From Candidatus Kaiserbacteria bacterium (GTDB taxonomy: Bacteria > Patescibacteriota > Minisyncoccia > Phycocordibacterales > UBA2100), in NCBI GenBank assembly GCA_003164215.1, contig PLSR01000017.1:28656-92655 (forward strand): DNA of 64,000 nucleotides, written 5' to 3'. The stretch's first letter is position 1. Each line of letters begins with the position of its first letter. Shown here in pieces: positions 59,773 through 64,000 of the stretch. The notes under the pieces were generated by a model. The model had not been told where the DNA came from, ran no database searches, and worked only from the letters and a program-made list of their open reading frames with translations. The translations under genes were made by a program, and so were the position numbers.

Positions 59773-60156
59773 TTATATGCCTTCTCCGTACTCAAGCCAC
59801 AGCCGTACATCGCTTGAGTGCGGATTTTTAACAATCTTTTTGAGTAATGATCCGAATACGAGCGGGGTCATCGAACGCATCCATGCGCGTGTATCATCAA
59901 GCAGTCCGTCGCGGTCGATCCTCACGTTCCATTCAGTGAGCGTGCTTTCATCAACGCTGTATCGCTCTGCAAATGCCTTTTGCGATTTGATCTCAAGCAG
60001 GTCTTGCATGCTCTCATCAAACCCCATCTTTTCGAGCGACTGGCGCGGCATGTCGCGGTAGCTTGGCGGCAGCGCTCTCCATTTGAGATACGTCTCGAAT
60101 TCACGTGCCTTGTACGCGCCACGTCCTCTGTTTGGTGGTGGTACGGCATCGCTCAT
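59773..60156 (-). CDS. Small terminase-like HTH protein
   Basis: SQKAFAERYSVDESTLTEW HTH; VRLWLEY echoes IRLWLKT of the left-island terS. Confidence 0.55.
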   Translation of the reverse strand: MSDAVPPPNRGRGAYKAREFETYLKWRALPPSYRDMPRQSLEKMGFDESMQDLLEIKSQKAFAERYSVDESTLTEWNVRIDRDGLLDDTRAWMRSMTPLVFGSLLKKIVKNPHSSDVRLWLEYGEGI

Positions 60157-60902
60157 AGTTTTCGCGCGACAAGTCCGGTGAGCTTCTCCATACGCGCTAT
60201 TGCAATTCCCGCGTACGCAGGATCAATTTCTATACCGATACACCTTCGACCGAGGTGCTCGCAGGCGACGGTGGTACTCCCGCTGCCTAAGAAGGGGTCA
60301 TACACGTAGTCTCCGAGGCGCGTCGAGTTTGGTATTAATTTGCGCAGGAGTCCTATGGGTTTCTGTGTCGGATGAAGTTTCGATGCAGCTGGTTTTGGGT
60401 GGAAGAGTATGCTTTTTGCTTTGCTGCGTTCCATCTTGTGCTTACCGCACCAGCCGTATGCGATGAGCTCGTGCATGGGCAAATAGTCCTTCCTGCCGAG
60501 GACGACCGTATTCTTGATCCATATGAGGCCTTGAGAGTAATAGAATCCGGCGTCCTTCATGCCTTGGCGCAGCGCGGGGTACATAAGATCGCTGTTGAAG
60601 ATGTAGCAGGCATTGTACGGCTCTAGGTGCGGCTTTACCGCCTCGAGCCACGCTCCCGTGAAGCGAGCGTATTCCTCGTCGGATTGCAGCTGATCGCCGA
60701 TGATCGCTTTGTCCGTATTCACGCCCAGCTTGTTGAAATCTCGCTTGCCCTCGACGTAGGAGACGGCGTACGGGGGATCAACGAGAATGCATCTGATCTT
60801 TTTGTCTCCAATGACCTTACTCACGAATGTCGCATCGAGCGAATCGCCGCACGCGATGATGTGCTCACCGACGGAGAAGATATCTCCTTGCTCGACGCTC
60901 AT
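60153..60902 (-). CDS. N6-A/N4-C DNA methyltransferase
   Basis: VDPPY, HPTQKP, DPFLGSGST. Confidence 0.92.
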   Translation of the reverse strand: MSVEQGDIFSVGEHIIACGDSLDATFVSKVIGDKKIRCILVDPPYAVSYVEGKRDFNKLGVNTDKAIIGDQLQSDEEYARFTGAWLEAVKPHLEPYNACYIFNSDLMYPALRQGMKDAGFYYSQGLIWIKNTVVLGRKDYLPMHELIAYGWCGKHKMERSKAKSILFHPKPAASKLHPTQKPIGLLRKLIPNSTRLGDYVYDPFLGSGSTTVACEHLGRRCIGIEIDPAYAGIAIARMEKLTGLVARKL

Positions 60903-62188
60903 ATGAGTGTCGCGCGTTGGTTGGTAAAGGACTCCCACCGGTCGATGCAGACGGTGGCGAAGATCGGATCGATCTCGACACCCCGCCACTTGCGATTGAG
61001 CTGTTCGCATGCGATGAGATCGCTTCCACTACCGGCAAAGCCGCTGAGCACGATGTGTCCCGGAGCACTGCAACGCTTCAGTGGCTTCTCGTTGAGCGCG
61101 ACCGGCTTTTGAGTCGGGTGCTGATATGATTGCGCGTTATCCCTACGTGCCAGCCAGAGATTGAATATGTCGAGGATTTCCTCGTGCACCTGATTACCTG
61201 ATCCGATCTCTTTGTTCAGAAGCTCGTTGGTATTGCGCAGTTCGCTATTGAGATACGGCTTACCGAGAATGCCGTACACGCACGGCTCGTATGCCTTGTT
61301 GAACGCGACCTGCGGAGTCATGTTGAAGTTGTTCTTGATCCACAGGCAGACGCGTTTGTTGTCGATGCCATTTTCTCGATACAGCGATTGCAGGAGCCAT
61401 ATGTACTTCTCATCGCACCAGTAGAACAGGTGCGCGTTCGGCTTTGCGACAGCAAGTGCGGCTTTCATGCTTGCATCGAGAAACACGCCGAATGCGGCAT
61501 CTTTTTTGGAATCTTTGGCGCTCGTATAGGTTCCTTCGTATTTGCCACCCGTACTGATCCCTTTTGAGTAATCGAGTCCGATGTTGTAGGGGCTGTCACA
61601 GTACACGACATCCGCCAGATCCGTATCCATCAGTTTCTTGACCTGTTCGGCATCGGTCGAATCGCCGACGAGAAGACGGTGTTTGCCGAGCTGCCACAGT
61701 TCACCCGGTTTTACCCGAGCAACCTTTGTCTCCTTGAGCGCCTTTTCGACGTCGAAATCGTCCTCGATTACGTCAACATCATCGAAGATCGTTTGCAGTT
61801 CCTCATCCCCGAAACCGACGTCGAGAAGTAGATCCATATCCATCGCTTTGAGTAATTCCTCATCCCAGCTGCCCGTATTTTGATTACTGCGCAGCAGATA
61901 TTCCTCGCGCTCAGTTTCGCTGAGGGCTCGATTGGGCACGCGCACGTCGATCTCTTCCTCGCCGCGTCCGGCAAGCTGCATCGCTTTCAATCGTTGATGC
62001 CCAGCCAATATCGTGTTATCAGTATCCACTACAGGTATCTCGACGAGATTGAACCGCGCGATGCTTTCTTGCAGATTCCGCATCTGCGATTCACTCATCT
62101 TGCGCGGGTTCTTCGGGTGACCGATGAGCTGGCTAATGATGCGCTTTTCCGTTTTCCATGTGAGATTCGTTTTTGTTACTTTTTTCAT
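60899..62188 (-). CDS. ParB-like domain fused to DNA methyltransferase
   Basis: KNPR...ILAGHQR; CDSPY, HPTQKP, SGFAGSGS. Confidence 0.9.
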   Translation of the reverse strand: MKKVTKTNLTWKTEKRIISQLIGHPKNPRKMSESQMRNLQESIARFNLVEIPVVDTDNTILAGHQRLKAMQLAGRGEEEIDVRVPNRALSETEREEYLLRSNQNTGSWDEELLKAMDMDLLLDVGFGDEELQTIFDDVDVIEDDFDVEKALKETKVARVKPGELWQLGKHRLLVGDSTDAEQVKKLMDTDLADVVYCDSPYNIGLDYSKGISTGGKYEGTYTSAKDSKKDAAFGVFLDASMKAALAVAKPNAHLFYWCDEKYIWLLQSLYRENGIDNKRVCLWIKNNFNMTPQVAFNKAYEPCVYGILGKPYLNSELRNTNELLNKEIGSGNQVHEEILDIFNLWLARRDNAQSYQHPTQKPVALNEKPLKRCSAPGHIVLSGFAGSGSDLIACEQLNRKWRGVEIDPIFATVCIDRWESFTNQRATLI

Positions 62189-62240
62189 GCATTGGTCATT
62201 ACGATTCTAATGACCTGTGCTTTGAGGGGGTGGTGACAGC

Positions 62241-62340
62241 AAAAAAAACCGCCAACGCCCGAGCAAAGCTCAGGCTGTTGACGGTCCTTTCTCTCGACCA
62301 TCGTGGATACCGCGCAGGTATCTATATGTTTATATTATAT
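62241..62340 (-). promoter_or_regulatory. -10 promoter, ~90-nt leader and intrinsic terminator upstream of the MTase
   Basis: TATAAT at 62339-62334; stem CCGTCAAC...GTTGGCGG followed by T8. Confidence 0.65.
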
Positions 62341-62381
62341 AAGACAGGGAGAAACCCCGCAAGGGTCGGATCTATGGAATA

Positions 62382-64000
62382 TCAAGGTAACCAGCCCCAA
62401 TCGACCTGTCGCTCAAGGTCCTCGTCACACTTCGGACATTTTGCGCGAATCGTAAGGCTGCCGTACGTAAGCTCTATGATAAAAGGAGCCTTGTTTAGCA
62501 TTCGTCCACTGAGGGTATTGCTATGAACGAACTTGCATATGACCGCATGGCAGTGGGGGCATTTCCATTCAGCGTCCTTCGTATTATCCGGAAGTTCTTT
62601 TTTCTCCCTGACGCACTCATCGCAGATTGTAGGCTGTGATTCGAAACCGTGGCGATTCGAGTCTGTATGCAACTGGATCGGCCGTTTGCGGCAGATCTTA
62701 CAAAACGCGAGTCGTGTTGACGAGACAGCTCCCCAGAATTCGCGCTCTTTTTCCTGACATGCACGCGCGTGAGCGGTAAGCCGCTTCGACTCCTTTTGAA
62801 ACAGTTTCATTCTCTCTTGCTGAGACACAACGGGGTGTTGCGCCCAAAAGGTGTGATTGAAATGCTTTGGCATATCCCATGCCGCAGTGGTGATGTTACG
62901 CAGTTGTGTGCCGACAGTATGGTACACCGTCGACAATGCACGTTGGATCTCATTGATGCGATAGTCGATGACGTCTTCGATTGTCTCCCATTCTTCCGCA
63001 TCTTGGCGTTGCAAACGCCATTGGTCAAAACGTGTCTTTGAGATATCGTCGAGTTGATCGCGCTGTACGCCGTGGTTTTCGCGAATACGGTAGCTGCCGC
63101 CGTAACTGCGGTCGCCGTATCGCTTTTTGAAGTCGTCTAAGTCGGTCACGACCTTGGTGAGGGATGCACGGATTTGTGCAGTATCGTATTTACCGTTACC
63201 TCGAATGCGACTCCATGCTTTAAAGCCGTCAATGCTATGTCGCATCGCCTGAACATCCGTGCCGTGCAAATATTCTGTCCGTGGAGTGAGATATCCGCCT
63301 CCGAGCTCTCCCGCTGCGAGTTCGAGGAGGGGCTTGGATTCTTCGCCTGTCACTCGTTCCCAGACGTCAGTAATCAGGTCGTAGATTTTATAGAGCTTTT
63401 GCGCGACTCGCGCGTCGCCCTTGAGGAAACTCTTCTTTGAATTCGGGTGCCGGTTGATGTAGTAATACCAAAGCTCGAGCGGATCAATAATGGCCGCGGC
63501 CTGAGCGACATGTGTCCTCAAGAAAGTGAGCTTCTTCGCATCAAGCCGGTACTGCTTTAATTCTTCGGGAAGCGAGACGACCGCCGACAGGTCATGATTG
63601 AATGTCGCAACGCTCTCAAACATGTCACTTTCATCAATCGGCATTTTGTACTTGTCTTTCAGTGGCGTTGTGTGGATGAAGCGGAGAAGGGCATCGAAAG
63701 TCGCTGTGAGTAGATACGGATTGAACAGAACATCATCACTCTTTTTACGTGCCGGATCATTAGCATCTCTTACAAGGAATGCCATTCCCGAACCCCATGC
63801 AATGTATCGAGGCCTTTCCTCAATCGGTTTGTCTGGATACGACTCGACACTTCCGGGATCCCACAATCGGCCATTTAGAACGATATTTTTACGCAGCTGA
63901 GTGACTATGAGCAATTGAAGCGGGCTGTAGTAATCGACGATCCCATTTTGAACACTCCCGTCTAGCTGCCGTACAGGGCCCTCTGCTGAATACAGCGGAG
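62382..64000 (-). CDS. Large hypothetical protein with C-terminal Zn ribbons (5' truncated)
   Basis: Frame is open to the window edge; CKIC...CDEC and CPHC...CPKC. Confidence 0.75.
   Translation of the reverse strand, partial: PLYSAEGPVRQLDGSVQNGIVDYYSPLQLLIVTQLRKNIVLNGRLWDPGSVESYPDKPIEERPRYIAWGSGMAFLVRDANDPARKKSDDVLFNPYLLTATFDALLRFIHTTPLKDKYKMPIDESDMFESVATFNHDLSAVVSLPEELKQYRLDAKKLTFLRTHVAQAAAIIDPLELWYYYINRHPNSKKSFLKGDARVAQKLYKIYDLITDVWERVTGEESKPLLELAAGELGGGYLTPRTEYLHGTDVQAMRHSIDGFKAWSRIRGNGKYDTAQIRASLTKVVTDLDDFKKRYGDRSYGGSYRIRENHGVQRDQLDDISKTRFDQWRLQRQDAEEWETIEDVIDYRINEIQRALSTVYHTVGTQLRNITTAAWDMPKHFNHTFWAQHPVVSQQERMKLFQKESKRLTAHARACQEKEREFWGAVSSTRLAFCKICRKRPIQLHTDSNRHGFESQPTICDECVREKKELPDNTKDAEWKCPHCHAVICKFVHSNTLSGRMLNKAPFIIELTYGSLTIRAKCPKCDEDLERQVDWGWLP

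Larger units (their letters stand above)
54423..64000. mobile_element. Serine-recombinase island with ParB-MTases next to tRNA-Ser, right boundary outside the window
   Basis: LSR, two MTases, terS-like gene and AT-rich nuclease cargo. Confidence 0.75.

Overview
This 64-kb window looks like the chromosome of a CPR/Patescibacteria bacterium (Parcubacteria-like; inferred from gene content and style, not from a marker gene). The core (about 5.9-53.2 kb) holds housekeeping and envelope genes (obgE, typA, msrB, glmS, metK, yvcK, nth, mutY, rnj, secG, groES/groEL, lemA, htpX, pyrF) and many secreted proteins. Related phage-like islands sit at both edges. Each has a Zn-ribbon gene, then a promoter and ~90-nt terminated leader RNA, then ParB-DNA methyltransferase(s) and a small-terminase-like gene. 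The left island adds a large terminase and a UDG-like gene; the right island adds a large serine recombinase and HEPN/HNH cargo next to tRNA-Ser(GGA). No capsid or portal gene is visible. The strongest non-coding signals are: (1) a ~350-nt hairpin-dense RNA-like element at ~110-470 with GNRA/UUCG loops and a tetraloop receptor; (2) a divergent glmS ribozyme; (3) a SAM-I riboswitch; (4) a LAGLIDADG gene between a tRNA 5' remnant and an intact tRNA-Ser; (5) two dispersed palindromic repeat families, with three in-frame palindromes inside mutY; (6) widespread TANNNT-N6-ATG leaderless starts. A 1976-aa surface protein combines a lytic-transglycosylase-like domain with an SGNH esterase. All calls come from reading motifs by eye; no searches or folding programs were run.
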